The notes below the pieces were generated by a model. It was not told the origin of the DNA. It saw nothing but the letters and a program-made list of their open reading frames with translations, and did no database searches. From Vulcanimicrobiota bacterium (GTDB lineage: Bacteria > Vulcanimicrobiota > Vulcanimicrobiia > Vulcanimicrobiales > Vulcanimicrobiaceae): a stretch of 64,000 nucleotides of DNA. Of this stretch, positions 41,101 through 50,574 are shown piece after piece. The stretch is taken from NCBI GenBank assembly GCA_963723515.1, contig CAVRQT010000002.1, positions 32,001 through 96,000 of the forward strand, in the 5' to 3' direction. Within the stretch, counting starts at the first letter, position 1, and the number at the start of each line of letters is the position of its first letter. Made by a program: the position numbers and the translations under genes.

Positions 41101-41809
41101 CCTTATTGATGTCGGCATGGATCGAAACGCTCGCCTCTTGCGTCGGCTGCAACAGCCGTCCGCCCGGAAGCGTCGCATTGTTCGCGGCGACCGCGGTGAA
41201 GATGTCACCGAGCGTCGCATTGACGCCTTGCAGCGCGATCGGATCGGGCTGAAGCTGGAACTCACGCTGCTGCGCGCCGTAGACGTCAACCGTTTGCACG
41301 TTCGGAATTTGCTTGAGGACCGGCACTAAGCGGTTGTTGACCAAGTCCGCGAGCGCTTCGGGACGTAAAGACTTCGAGCTGATCGCGATGTCGAGAAGCG
41401 GCTGCGAGGCGCCGTTCTTAAAAACGTAAGGCGGATCGAGGTCCGTCGGCATGAACGCTCGTGCGGTATCGACGCGCCGCTGCACGTCGATCGCGCCGAG
41501 ATCCAGGTTCGTATCGATTTGGAACTGGACGACGATCGTCGCGACGCCTTCTTGCGCACTGGCGGTCATCTGATCGAGGTTGTCGATGCCGTCGAGCTGA
41601 TCTTCAATCGGCTTGATGACCAAGCGCTCCATCTCATCGGGAGATGCGCCTGGGTAAGTGGACTGTACGACGACAACCGGAAAGTCGGTGCCGGGCGGGT
41701 TCGCGCTGCGCCCTAACGTCAGATAGGCGATAAAGCCGAACACCGCGAGTGCAATAAAGATCATCGCGGTGATGACGGGGCGGTTAATTGCGAATCGAGT
41801 CAACCACAC
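38146..41809 (-). CDS. RND (AcrB/SwrC-type) efflux transporter (frameshift near 39900-39960)
   Basis: YPGASP, GILVDDSIVVLEN, VSFTLTP; second frame VSKNGIL, RFRPILMT. Confidence 0.92.
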
Positions 41810-42003
41810 AATAAGAAACTCCGGGGGCTGTTTTTCTTGAAAGGGTACGCCGGCGCGGGGGCCGATGTTTCAGGTCGCCCGCCATTGTAACCCACGAGCC
41901 CCTCCCTACACTATCAAGAAAGTCTAAATATTAAGGAAGGCCGGCCAGCACCGCTTCGTCCGCCCTCCCCACTGCAGTCCGGCCTCGCGCACGATCACGA
42001 TCG

Positions 42004-42027
42004 CCCTTCGACAAGCTCAGGGTGACA
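42004..42027. repeat. REP-like palindromic repeat
   Basis: CCCTTCGACAAGCTCAGGGTGACA; reverse complement of the 50447-50470 copy at 23/24. Confidence 0.8.
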
Positions 42028-42032
42028 GACGG

Positions 42033-42152
42033 CGGGGCAGGGCAATGGTTCACTCGGGGGTGTACGGAGCGGGCATCTTCCATTTATCAGATTCCGCGGA
42101 GTCAAGCGCACGAGAGGGAGCGTCCCACGAGTCGGACCGTTGCCCTGACCCG
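42033..42152 (+). ncRNA. Putative structured RNA / hairpin element, copy A
   Basis: Long terminal stem with G-U pairs on the + strand. 31/39 identity with copy B and compensatory changes. Confidence 0.45.
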
Positions 42153-42183
42153 AGCAGCGCGATGATTGAACCGGGTGAGCATT

Positions 42184-42267
42184 TGCGCGAGACTGGACTC
42201 GAACCAGCACGCCCTTGCGGGCGCTAGCCCCTCAAGCTAGTGCGTCTACCAATTTCGCCACTCGCGC
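42184..42267 (-). tRNA. tRNA-Leu (anticodon GAG), CCA not encoded
   Basis: GCGCGAG acceptor stem, D-loop TGGTAGA, anticodon arm CTAGC-TTGAGGG-GCTAG, long variable arm, GTTCGAGTCC. Confidence 0.97.
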
Positions 42268-42304
42268 TTAGGCCAGGAACAGCGGAACTTCGCAAGTTTA
42301 GGGC

Positions 42305-43227
42305 TCAGCGCATATTCGGGTCAAGCGCATCCGCAACCCGTCGCCCATGTAGTTGATCGCCAGCACGGTGACGAGAATGCAAAGGCCGGGGAAGACGGCC
42401 GCCCACCAAGCGACCTGCAGATTCGAGATCGCGTTGCTCAGCATGTTGCCCCACGACGCCGTCGGCGGTTGAATTCCAAATCCTAGGAACGATATCGTCG
42501 ATTCAAGCACGATGACATTCGCGACGTCGAGCGTCGCTTGAACGATCAACGGTGCCATTGCATTCGGCAAGAGGTGCCGGAAGATGATGCGGGCATCGTT
42601 GTTACCTACCGCGCGCGCGGCTTCCGTATATTCGCGTTCCCGCAGAGAAAGGAATTGCGCGCGAACCAGTCGCGCGGCGGAGGGCCAAATGAGGGCTCCG
42701 ATGACGATCACGATGACCCCGAAACTCAGCGACGCCTTACTGGAACTCGCGGCCACGATCGCCGTTAGCACGAGCAGCAACGGCAACAGGGGGATCGACA
42801 AAAAGACGTCGGTGATGCGCATGATAATGTAGTCGACCCAGCCGCCGTAATAGCCGGCGATCGCGCCCAAGACCGTCCCGATGATGATTTCCATCAGCGT
42901 AGCGCTGATGCCGACCGTCAAAGAGATCCGCGCGCCGAACATCAAACGCGAAAGCAAGTCGCGGCCGACTTCGTCGGTGCCTAACGCATGATGTGCTATG
43001 CCGGGCGCAAGCGGGGTGCCGAGCCAGTGGACGTTGTCGATTGCATTCGGATCGTAGGGCGCGAGCTGCTTCGCAAAGATTGCGATAAGCACCATGAAGC
43101 CAAGCACGATGATTCCCGCAAGCGCGAGTTTATGGCGGCGGAAGCGCTTCCAAACGGTGACCTTACTGACAACGACGTCGTCTTCAGCTGCGGCGATCCT
43201 TTGATCGATCGGAATGCTTACAGCCAT
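42305..43227 (-). CDS. oppC: Oligopeptide/dipeptide ABC permease, C subunit (frameshift near 42331)
   Basis: LGTDEVGRD, GARISL, EAA loop, RHLLPN. The canonical GDGLRDALDP end is restored by adding one G. Confidence 0.9.
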
Positions 43228-43240
43228 CTCGAGCTCCCTT

Positions 43241-43266
43241 GGAACCTCTGGATATCCAGAGGTTCC
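43241..43266. repeat. Perfect 26-bp palindrome between oppB and oppC
   Basis: GGAACCTCTGGATATCCAGAGGTTCC equals its own reverse complement. Confidence 0.9.
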
Positions 43267-44238
43267 CTAATCATACTTCACGCGCGGATCGAGCCACGCG
43301 TACGCGACATCCGCCAAAAGATTCGAAAAGACGACGAAGAACGCGCCCAGCAGCAAGTAGCCCATCAGCAGCGCGATGTCGCTCTGTCCGAGAGCATTGA
43401 AGAACAGGCGTCCCGCACCGGGCCACGCAAAGATCGTCTCCGTCACGATGGCGCCGCCGACCAAACCGGGCAGGGCGAGCGCGACGATCGTCACGATCGG
43501 AATCATCGCATTCTTGAGGCCGTGTTTGAAAAGAACGGTTCGTCGGTCGAGACCTTTGGCTGCCGCCGTCCGCATGTAGTCGGTATGAATGACTTCCAAC
43601 ATCGAGCTGCGCATGAAGCGGCTATAGAGCGCCAACTGCAGGAGCGCCAAAACGATCGTCGGCAAAATCAAATGCACGATTCGATCGCTCAATACGAAAT
43701 TGTCATACGTGCTCAAGCTCGCCGACGGCAACCGAATTTCATAGCCGAACGCCTGGATGCCATGCACGGCAAACGCAAGCTGCAGCATCAAGGCGAACCA
43801 AAACACCGGCATCGATTGACCGAAGAACGCGAGCGTGGTGATGAAGTAATCCGAGAGCGAATACGGACGAACAGCGGCAAAGATGCCGGCCGAAAGTCCA
43901 AACGCCAGCGCCACAACAAAGGCGCTGACCTGCAACTCGAGCGTCGCCGGCAGCCGCTCCACGATCGCCTGCAAGACCGATTCGGAATTTGAGGTCGAGT
44001 AACCGAGGTCGCCGTGCAGCAGCTGTCCGAGCCAGACGAAATACCGGTAGATGAGCGGCTTGTCCAGCCCCAAATTATGCTTCAAACGCGCGATGTCGGC
44101 CGGCGTGATGTGCGGATTTTGCAGATATGGCGCAAGCGGGCCGCCCGGAGCATTGTTCAAGATGAGAAACAAGATCAGCGAGATCAGAATCAGCAGCGGA
44201 ATCGCTTGCAGCGTGCGCCGAACTACATAATTGAACAT
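43267..44238 (-). CDS. oppB: Oligopeptide/dipeptide ABC permease, B subunit
   Basis: LGLDKP, RLPATLEL, RTAAAKGL, TETIFAWPG, DPRV. Confidence 0.9.
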   Translation of the reverse strand: MFNYVVRRTLQAIPLLILISLILFLILNNAPGGPLAPYLQNPHITPADIARLKHNLGLDKPLIYRYFVWLGQLLHGDLGYSTSNSESVLQAIVERLPATLELQVSAFVVALAFGLSAGIFAAVRPYSLSDYFITTLAFFGQSMPVFWFALMLQLAFAVHGIQAFGYEIRLPSASLSTYDNFVLSDRIVHLILPTIVLALLQLALYSRFMRSSMLEVIHTDYMRTAAAKGLDRRTVLFKHGLKNAMIPIVTIVALALPGLVGGAIVTETIFAWPGAGRLFFNALGQSDIALLMGYLLLGAFFVVFSNLLADVAYAWLDPRVKYD

Positions 44239-44255
44239 CGCGGAATGCAGGCCGA

Positions 44256-45107
44256 TTAGGGCCTGCTTGCAGGTTCTCCTGTAACGGTTGCTTCGTGTCT
44301 GCGCAGCCGCAAAATCGTGCGCGCTTCGTTTGGCGTGCACACCTCGCGGCCGGCTTCGGCGGCGAGTCGACGCACGCGCGCCACGAGCTCTTCGTTCGTC
44401 GCTAGGCGCCCGCGCGAATAGTAAATGTTGTCTTCGAGTCCAACGCGCACGTGACCGCCCATCGCGATCGCGACAACCGACATCGGCAGTTGACCGCGCC
44501 CGATTCCCGAGGCAGACCATGTGCATCCCGCCGGAAGATTGTCAACCAAATCGCTCAAATTGTGCACCGTTGCATCGAGGCCGCCAGGGACACCGAGAAC
44601 AAAGTTGACGTGCTGCGGCAGTTGCAATACGCCTTCTTGCTCGAGCCGGCGCGCATTGCTCAGATGTCCCTTATCAAAGATTTCCAGCTCCGGCCGAACG
44701 TCGTACATCTTCATCTCTAGCAGAAGTCCGCGCATAATCGCGAAGCTGTTTTCGAAGATGTGCTCGCCAAAGTTGACGGTGCCACATGTGAGACTCGCCA
44801 TTTCGGGTCGCAATCGTAGCGGAGCGCGACGCTCTTCGGGCGTCATTCCGATTGCGCCACCCGTCGAAAACTGAACGATCAGATCGCTGTTGGCGCGAAT
44901 CTCTTCGAGCGCCGCGGCAAACCGCTCGACACTGTGAGTATTCGTTCCATCGTCGTCGCGGCAATGAACGTGAATAATGGAAGCGCCTGCCTCTTGTGCC
45001 TTAGCAGCAACCGCCCCTAACTGCTTCGGCGTAATCGGAAGGTGCGGAGTTTGGTCAACCGTCAGTTCGGCGCCGGTCGGCGCGACGGTGATGATCAGCG
45101 GCTGCAT
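44256..45107 (-). CDS. kce: 3-keto-5-aminohexanoate cleavage enzyme (BKACE/DUF849)
   Basis: IITVAPTGAE, IIHVHCR, QFSTGG, PELEIFD, HVRVGLEDN; adjacent to kamB/kamC-like genes. Confidence 0.88.
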   Translation of the reverse strand: MQPLIITVAPTGAELTVDQTPHLPITPKQLGAVAAKAQEAGASIIHVHCRDDDGTNTHSVERFAAALEEIRANSDLIVQFSTGGAIGMTPEERRAPLRLRPEMASLTCGTVNFGEHIFENSFAIMRGLLLEMKMYDVRPELEIFDKGHLSNARRLEQEGVLQLPQHVNFVLGVPGGLDATVHNLSDLVDNLPAGCTWSASGIGRGQLPMSVVAIAMGGHVRVGLEDNIYYSRGRLATNEELVARVRRLAAEAGREVCTPNEARTILRLRRHEATVTGEPASRP

Positions 45108-46707
45108 CGCGACAAAATGTCCTTGGCGCTTTGAACGAGCTCCTTGTCGAGCCCGAGCCACGCCGCGAGCTCGAGCGCATCGGAGGCCGCCTCACGTGCC
45201 TGAGGCGCGCGTTCGATTCGATAGTCCATGCGTTCAGCCAACGCGCGCAGCGCATCCTCCGTGCCGGCAAATTCCGGCGGCGTGCCATCGCTGCGCAGGC
45301 GGCCGACGGCAAAGTGTGCGATCTCAGCCTGCGCATCAAGCTCGATCAAGTGCGTCGCGGCGATGGCGCATCCGTCGCGCTTGCGCAACGCTCCGAGCAG
45401 CGCCAACAACAGCGCGTATGCCTCGCCGGGCGCCGTTGTGCGCGCGAATTCATCGATCAGCCAAAGCGTTCTGGGCCGCTGCTCCAGCAGTTCGCGCAGC
45501 CGCACGATCTCGCGCGCAAACGACGAGAGCAGCGGCTGCCGATCGTGAGCGCTGACATCGCGAGACGCCGAGCCACCGAATGCGCTCGAACAGCGCGACG
45601 GACGCACTTTTTGCCGGAACCGGTAAGCCGAACGCTGCACAAAGCGCGATGAAACCGGCCGTGCGTAATGCCGCGCTCTTTCCGCCCATGTTCGGACCCG
45701 TAAGCACATTTGATTCTCCAAAAGCGAGATCGATTGCAACATAGCGTTGTTCGTTGAGCGCGAGGTTCTCTTCGAGCGGCAAAAACCGGGCGCCACGGAC
45801 CTCGAGCGCTGTATGCGCCACATACTGAGGAACGACGCAACCGTAACGCTGCGCGAACAATGCGGCCGCTATCAGGACATCGGCATCCGCTGCGTCGAGA
45901 CCGCCCGCATTGAGCGCACCGGCAAAGTTTGCGACGACCGCGGAAAGGTTCTTGCGAACGTCTTCCTCCGCAGTTGCGGCAGCCGTCGCGCATCGATCGC
46001 GCATTTCGAGGGCCTCGAGCGCGGGCCGATCCAATTCCACCTCGCATAACAGATAGGTGGGCGCTTCACGAATCACATGAACGCCTGCCGGCAGTTGACC
46101 GCGCAGCTCATCGCGCATCACGATGAATTCATCGGTTGCGATCCCCTCGCGGCGGAGGGCCTCCGCAACGCGCGCATTGAGCGTTGCTCGCAACGCTTCA
46201 AATCGGTTCTCTGCTTCAGCAAGCTCGCGCCGTTTTTCGGCAAGCGTCTCAGAGAACCGATCGCCCAGAAAGAACGAGAATCCACCGCTTCTTCCCGCTG
46301 AAAGCGCTTCGAAGCACCGGGCCGCAAAGCGTCATTCCTCCCGGGAGAATCACCGCATCGATCAGCGCCGCAAGTTCTTTCATTCCGTCGCAAAATTGAA
46401 GCACCATAAAGAGATCGGGATCGCCTAGCGTCTCACCAAGCCGCGCGCGGCCGATTGCCGAGCGAATGTCGGGCAGGCGGCGAAGCACTTCGCGAATCGA
46501 TTCTAGAGTGTCGGATGCAAACGTACGCGCAACGTTGGCGATGCGTTCGCCGTGTTGTTGCGCCGCAGCTTCATCGCCCGTTCGAAATGGTTCCCAACGC
46601 GCAAAACGATCAGCGCCATATTGAGTTAGGGGCTGGAGTTGATTGGCGACCCAATCGAAGCGCAGCTCCGCGGCAGTTATGGCGTCACAGAGTGCACGAA
46701 CGTTCAT
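45095..46707 (-). CDS. kamC: MutS-domain-V ATPase, KamC-like (lysine 5,6-aminomutase reactivase ATPase); two frameshifts near 46320 and 45570
   Basis: LQPLTQYG at the N-terminus, Walker A TGPNMGGKS, LSSFAREI, LIDEFARTT, ATH, MDYRI; no mismatch-binding domain. Confidence 0.7.
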
Positions 46708-47610
46708 GCGGCGGCACGCGTTCCGGCGTACGCATCAAATGTGGGCAGCCCCGTCTGCTCGGCGACAGCGCGCGCAAACTCGCGCGGTTCAAAATATCGG
46801 TCGCGTCCGATCGAGGCAACCGTTACTGCAACGATCCGTAAGGGATGCTCGCAACGGATCTCGAGCGCTTCAGACGCTTTGAGCAGCGCGTTGCCATGCA
46901 GAACGATGCGCGTTGGATCGGTTACGACGACTTGCCGCCTCTCATGGGCGCCGATTAATGTCTCTGCTGCGAGCGGAATCTAAGACACCGGCGATACGCA
47001 CGAACGGTCTCGCCGGATCGAACGCGGGCGTCTGCAGCCGCCGAACGAGTGCGCCGGTTTGCGTCGCCGCCGCTTCAAGTGTCGCAGCCGCGGAAGCACC
47101 CGTTGCGACGATAACCGCATCATCTTCACCCGCAAGCGCCGCCAATCGATCGACCGCTCCATCGATGATGACGCGTTGGGCACCATGGGCGAACAACCGC
47201 CGCTTCACGCGGTGCATCGCCGACGCATTCGGCGGACCGACGAGCTCGATGTTCGCCGGCGCACGCGTTCGGATAAAGACGATGGCGCCAAGTGCGGTCG
47301 CCATATCTGAAACCTCGAGAATCTCGCACGCCGGCGATGGCGACAAAGCGTCGCGCGCAGTCGCGGCAAAGACGTTCGCTTCCAACCGCAGGCGCGGCTT
47401 GGGCATCGCATCGACCGCATCGATCGCTTCACCATCGCGTCCAACGGATGCAACGCCGAAGGGCCGCTGATGTTTCTGAAGCGCGCCGCACAGCGTTCTC
47501 ACAACGACCGTCTTGCCGACGTTCTTCGCCGTGCCCACGACGGCAATCGAGCGCGAGCCGTGCGCCTCACAAAGCTCCAGCAAGGATTCGCCGACGTCTA
47601 AAGGCCCCAA
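46704..47610 (-). CDS. kamB: KamB-like protein (lysine 5,6-aminomutase reactivase subunit); frameshift near 46970
   Basis: VVGTAKNVGKT, SVGRDGE, KPR, IDGAVDR, IVATGA. The shifted frame ends in an ATGA overlap with kamC. Confidence 0.7.
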
Positions 47611-48161
47611 CGCAGCACCTTATTTGCGATAAAAAACAACCCGGTGACGAGCAGCACGATACCGGCCCAAAGTTCAGCGCCTTCTTCCGCGCGCCGCCCC
47701 AGCGTGCGACCAAGTGCTATCCCGGCAAACGTTGCGATTACGGACGCGACACCAATGGCGATCAGTGCCGTATACAACGGCACGCCGATATAAAGGATCG
47801 AAAAGCCGATTCCGAGCGAATCGAGACTGATTGAAAGCGACGCGACCGCAAGGCCCCAGCCCCTCGTCATGTCGAGTGCGCTGCCCGAACGGGCCTCTCG
47901 GAGACTCTCAGCGATCATGTAAGCGCCAAGCGCGACCAACGCGATGAATCCGAGATATCCCGCGACGCTCCCGATCAACTGTCCAAGGACCGAGCCGAGC
48001 CCTACACCGACCAAGCTCATCGCGATCTGCGCCACCGCAAACGAACATCCTATGCGCCATTTAGTCGATGGGCGAACGCCACGCATTCCGACGCCGATAC
48101 TCACCGCAAAGCAGTCCAACGCCAACGATAGCGCAACGAAAAGAATCTTGAGCGCGGCCAC
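47598..48161 (-). CDS. mntP: Manganese efflux pump MntP family
   Basis: ALSLALDCFAVSIG and SISLDSLGIG repeats; six hydrophobic segments. Confidence 0.85.
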   Translation of the reverse strand: MAALKILFVALSLALDCFAVSIGVGMRGVRPSTKWRIGCSFAVAQIAMSLVGVGLGSVLGQLIGSVAGYLGFIALVALGAYMIAESLREARSGSALDMTRGWGLAVASLSISLDSLGIGFSILYIGVPLYTALIAIGVASVIATFAGIALGRTLGRRAEEGAELWAGIVLLVTGLFFIANKVLRWGL

Positions 48162-48169
48162 CGTTCGCC

Positions 48170-48194
48170 ATCATACCACTGATTTTGGTAGAGT
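48170..48194. promoter_or_regulatory. Back-to-back extended -10 promoters, probably leaderless
   Basis: Minus strand TGG-TATGAT 8 nt before the GTG of mntP. Plus strand TGG-TAGAGT 7 nt before GTG 48202. Confidence 0.6.
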
Positions 48195-48201
48195 CTTTTT
48201 T

Positions 48202-48969
48202 GTGAAACGCGCTGCCTGGCCGTTCGTCGTCGCATTAGCGATATTGGCGTTCGCGATGCTCTGGCCGACGCTCGCACTTTTGACCAACGTTTCGCCTGCC
48301 GCCGTCGCAAGTGTCTTCGCCGGTCCGAGCGTTCGCAACGCTGCGCTCGTTTCGCTTATCGCATCCACGGTCGCCGTATTGGCGGCAACGATTCTTGGCG
48401 TGCCGGCGGCATACGAACTCGCGCGCTGGCGTGATGGTCCACGAAGTGTTGCGTTGTTCGTCCTTGGATTGCCGCTTGCGTTTCCGCCGGTTGCGAGCGG
48501 CATCATTCTATTGAACGTCATTGGAGTGCAGACGCCGTTCGGCGCATGGTTGAGCCGCCACGGAATCTTCCTCGTTGATTCTTTGGGCGGCGTCGCGCTT
48601 GCGGAATTCTTCGTTTCCGGATCGTTCGTGGTCATCGCTGCGAGTGCAGCGTTTCGAGCGGTCGATCCGATCTACGAGGAGGCCGCCGCGACTCTCGGCG
48701 CATCTCGGGTGCAGACGTTTTGGCGCATCGCTCTACCGCTCGGGGCGCCAAACATTTTCGCGGGTGTGCTCCTCGCATGGCTGCGCGCGATCGGCGAGTA
48801 CGGCGCGACGTCGATCGTGGCCTATCGGCCGACGTCCTTGCCGGTCGCGCTCTACGTTACGCTGTCGGCGCAAGGCCTCGCCCCTGCGCTGGCGTTGAGT
48901 TACGGATTCGTCGTGCTTGCCGCACTCGTTATTGCCGTGCAATGGGCGGTCCGGCGCCACGTCGTATAA
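48202..48969 (+). CDS. Molybdate/anion ABC permease (ModB-like)
   Basis: LPLAFPPVASG, YEEAAATLGAS, RAIGEYGAT. Confidence 0.85.
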   Translation: MKRAAWPFVVALAILAFAMLWPTLALLTNVSPAAVASVFAGPSVRNAALVSLIASTVAVLAATILGVPAAYELARWRDGPRSVALFVLGLPLAFPPVASGIILLNVIGVQTPFGAWLSRHGIFLVDSLGGVALAEFFVSGSFVVIAASAAFRAVDPIYEEAAATLGASRVQTFWRIALPLGAPNIFAGVLLAWLRAIGEYGATSIVAYRPTSLPVALYVTLSAQGLAPALALSYGFVVLAALVIAVQWAVRRHVV

Positions 48970-48977
48970 CGCCGCTC

Positions 48978-49872
48978 GTGGCTCTGCTCGAACGCGTTTT
49001 TGCGCCGGAATCCAGCTTTCAAAAGCGCTTCTTTTTCTTGGCAAGGCGGTTCGTCGCCGGAGAGACGATCGACGACGCACTCGCCGCCGTCCGCGCGATC
49101 AATGAGCGCGGCATGAGCGCAACGCTCGACTTCTTGGGAGAAGATGTAAGCGAAGAGAGCGCTGCGCTGCATACGCGCGACGTCTACTTCGACATTCTGG
49201 ACGCGATTAAACGCGAGGGCGTCGACAGCAACGTTTCCGTCAAGCTGTCGGCTCTCGGTTTGCTGATCTCCGAAGACCTTGCAACGCAGCACCTGACGTC
49301 AATCGTCGAGCGCGCCGCGAACAACCGCGATCCCTTCGTGCGAATCGACATGGAAGGTTCCGGCTGCACGCAACCGACGCTCGGCGTTTTCGAGCGGGTC
49401 TTCGCTTCTCACGCGAAACGTTGGGCCGGTGTTGCAGGCGCTGTTGAAGCGAACGCCGGCTGACGTAGAGCAAATGATCGGGCTAAAAGCACGCGTTCGT
49501 CTGTGCAAAGGCGCCTACAAAGAGCCCGCGGCGATCGCGCACCAATCGATGCCGACGATTCGCCGCGAATATTTGCGACTGGCCGAGCGGCTGCTGTCGT
49601 CCGCAACCTATCCCGGGCTCGCGACACATGACCTGCGTTTGATCGGCGCGATCAAGCGTTTTACGAAACAACACGCGATCGCACCGGATCGCTTTGAGTT
49701 TCAGATGCTCTACGGCGTGCGCCCGCACATCCAACGAGAGCTCATATCTGAAGGGTATCGCCTTCGCATCTACATTCCGTTTGGAACGCATTGGGCGGCG
49801 TACTTCTATCGTCGCGTGCTCGAGCGCAAGGAGAACGCGCTCTTCGCCTTGTCCTCGCTCTTCTCGCGCTGA
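48978..49872 (+). CDS. Monofunctional proline dehydrogenase (frameshift near 49417)
   Basis: RFVAGET, LDFLGE, SVKLS, RIDME; second frame RLCKGAY, ATHD, EFQMLYG. Confidence 0.92.
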
Positions 49873-50321
49873 TGCGCGCGGTCGTGCAGCGGGTTTCCTC
49901 CGCGGCGGTTGACGTCAACGGGGAGACAACTGGAGAGATCGCAGAGGGCCTATGCGTGTTGCTCAGCGTCGGTGTTGACGACGCCGACGATGATGCCGCC
50001 GGCATAGCCGACAAAATTGCGGAACTTCGAATCTTTCGCGACGAGCAAGGCCAGATGAACCGCTCCCTCATCGATACCGGCGGCGCCGTGTTGCTGATCT
50101 CTCAGTTCACGCTCCACGGCGACGCGCGAAAAGGACGCCGGCCCTCCTTTATAACGGCCGCTCGTGAAGAGCAGGCAAAGCCGCTCTACGAACGAGTCGG
50201 GCAACTTCTCGAGCGGCGCGGACTCACTGTTGCGTACGGTATTTTCGGCGCGCGCATGAGCGTTCAACTCGTCAACGAGGGTCCGGTAACGATCCTCTTA
50301 GATTCGAAGAAGTTGTTCTAA
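49872..50321 (+). CDS. dtd: D-aminoacyl-tRNA deacylase
   Basis: MRAVVQRV, SQFTL, KGRRPSF, NEGPVT. Confidence 0.97.
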   Translation: MRAVVQRVSSAAVDVNGETTGEIAEGLCVLLSVGVDDADDDAAGIADKIAELRIFRDEQGQMNRSLIDTGGAVLLISQFTLHGDARKGRRPSFITAAREEQAKPLYERVGQLLERRGLTVAYGIFGARMSVQLVNEGPVTILLDSKKLF

Positions 50322-50352
50322 GTTCGCAATGCCGGCCGAACGCTGCATAAAC

Positions 50353-50376
50353 TGTCACGCTGAGCTTGTCGAAGCG
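50353..50376. repeat. REP-like palindromic repeat
   Basis: TGTCACGCTGAGCTTGTCGAAGCG. Confidence 0.8.
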
Positions 50377-50392
50377 CCACTGTAATTGTCAT

Positions 50393-50543
50393 CGTCGCCA
50401 CGTGACGGGGTGACATTTCCCTCGGCGGACGTGACACTGTCATCGTTGTCACCCTGAGCCTGTCGAAGGGGCCTCCTTTCAATAGCGGGAGTCGCCTGCT
50501 CCATACGCCCCCGAGTGAAACGTCACCCCGCCACATGACAACG
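50393..50543 (-). ncRNA. Putative structured RNA / hairpin element, copy B, with a nested REP
   Basis: 33-bp stem (50393-50425 with 50511-50543) with G-U pairs on the minus strand; homologous to 42033-42152. Confidence 0.45.
50447..50470. repeat. REP-like palindromic repeat
   Basis: TGTCACCCTGAGCCTGTCGAAGGG. Confidence 0.8.
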
Positions 50544-50574
50544 CGTTACGTCTGCTCACAACGTCGCCGAAAGT

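Noticed and set aside
42033..42152. SRP or 6S RNA identity for the hairpin element
   Set aside because: It lacks the SRP domain IV motif, is short for 6S and has a second diverged copy. Rfam was not run.
41810..42267. Genomic island integrated at tRNA-Leu
   Set aside because: There is no integrase, and I found no duplicate of the tRNA 3' end in the window.
45095..46707. Mismatch-repair MutS or MutS2
   Set aside because: It is too short, has no mismatch-binding or Smr domain, and its kamB/kce context fits KamC.
50353..50470. Mini-CRISPR from two 24-nt direct repeats
   Set aside because: There are only two repeats, a 70-nt structured spacer, dispersed copies elsewhere and no cas genes.
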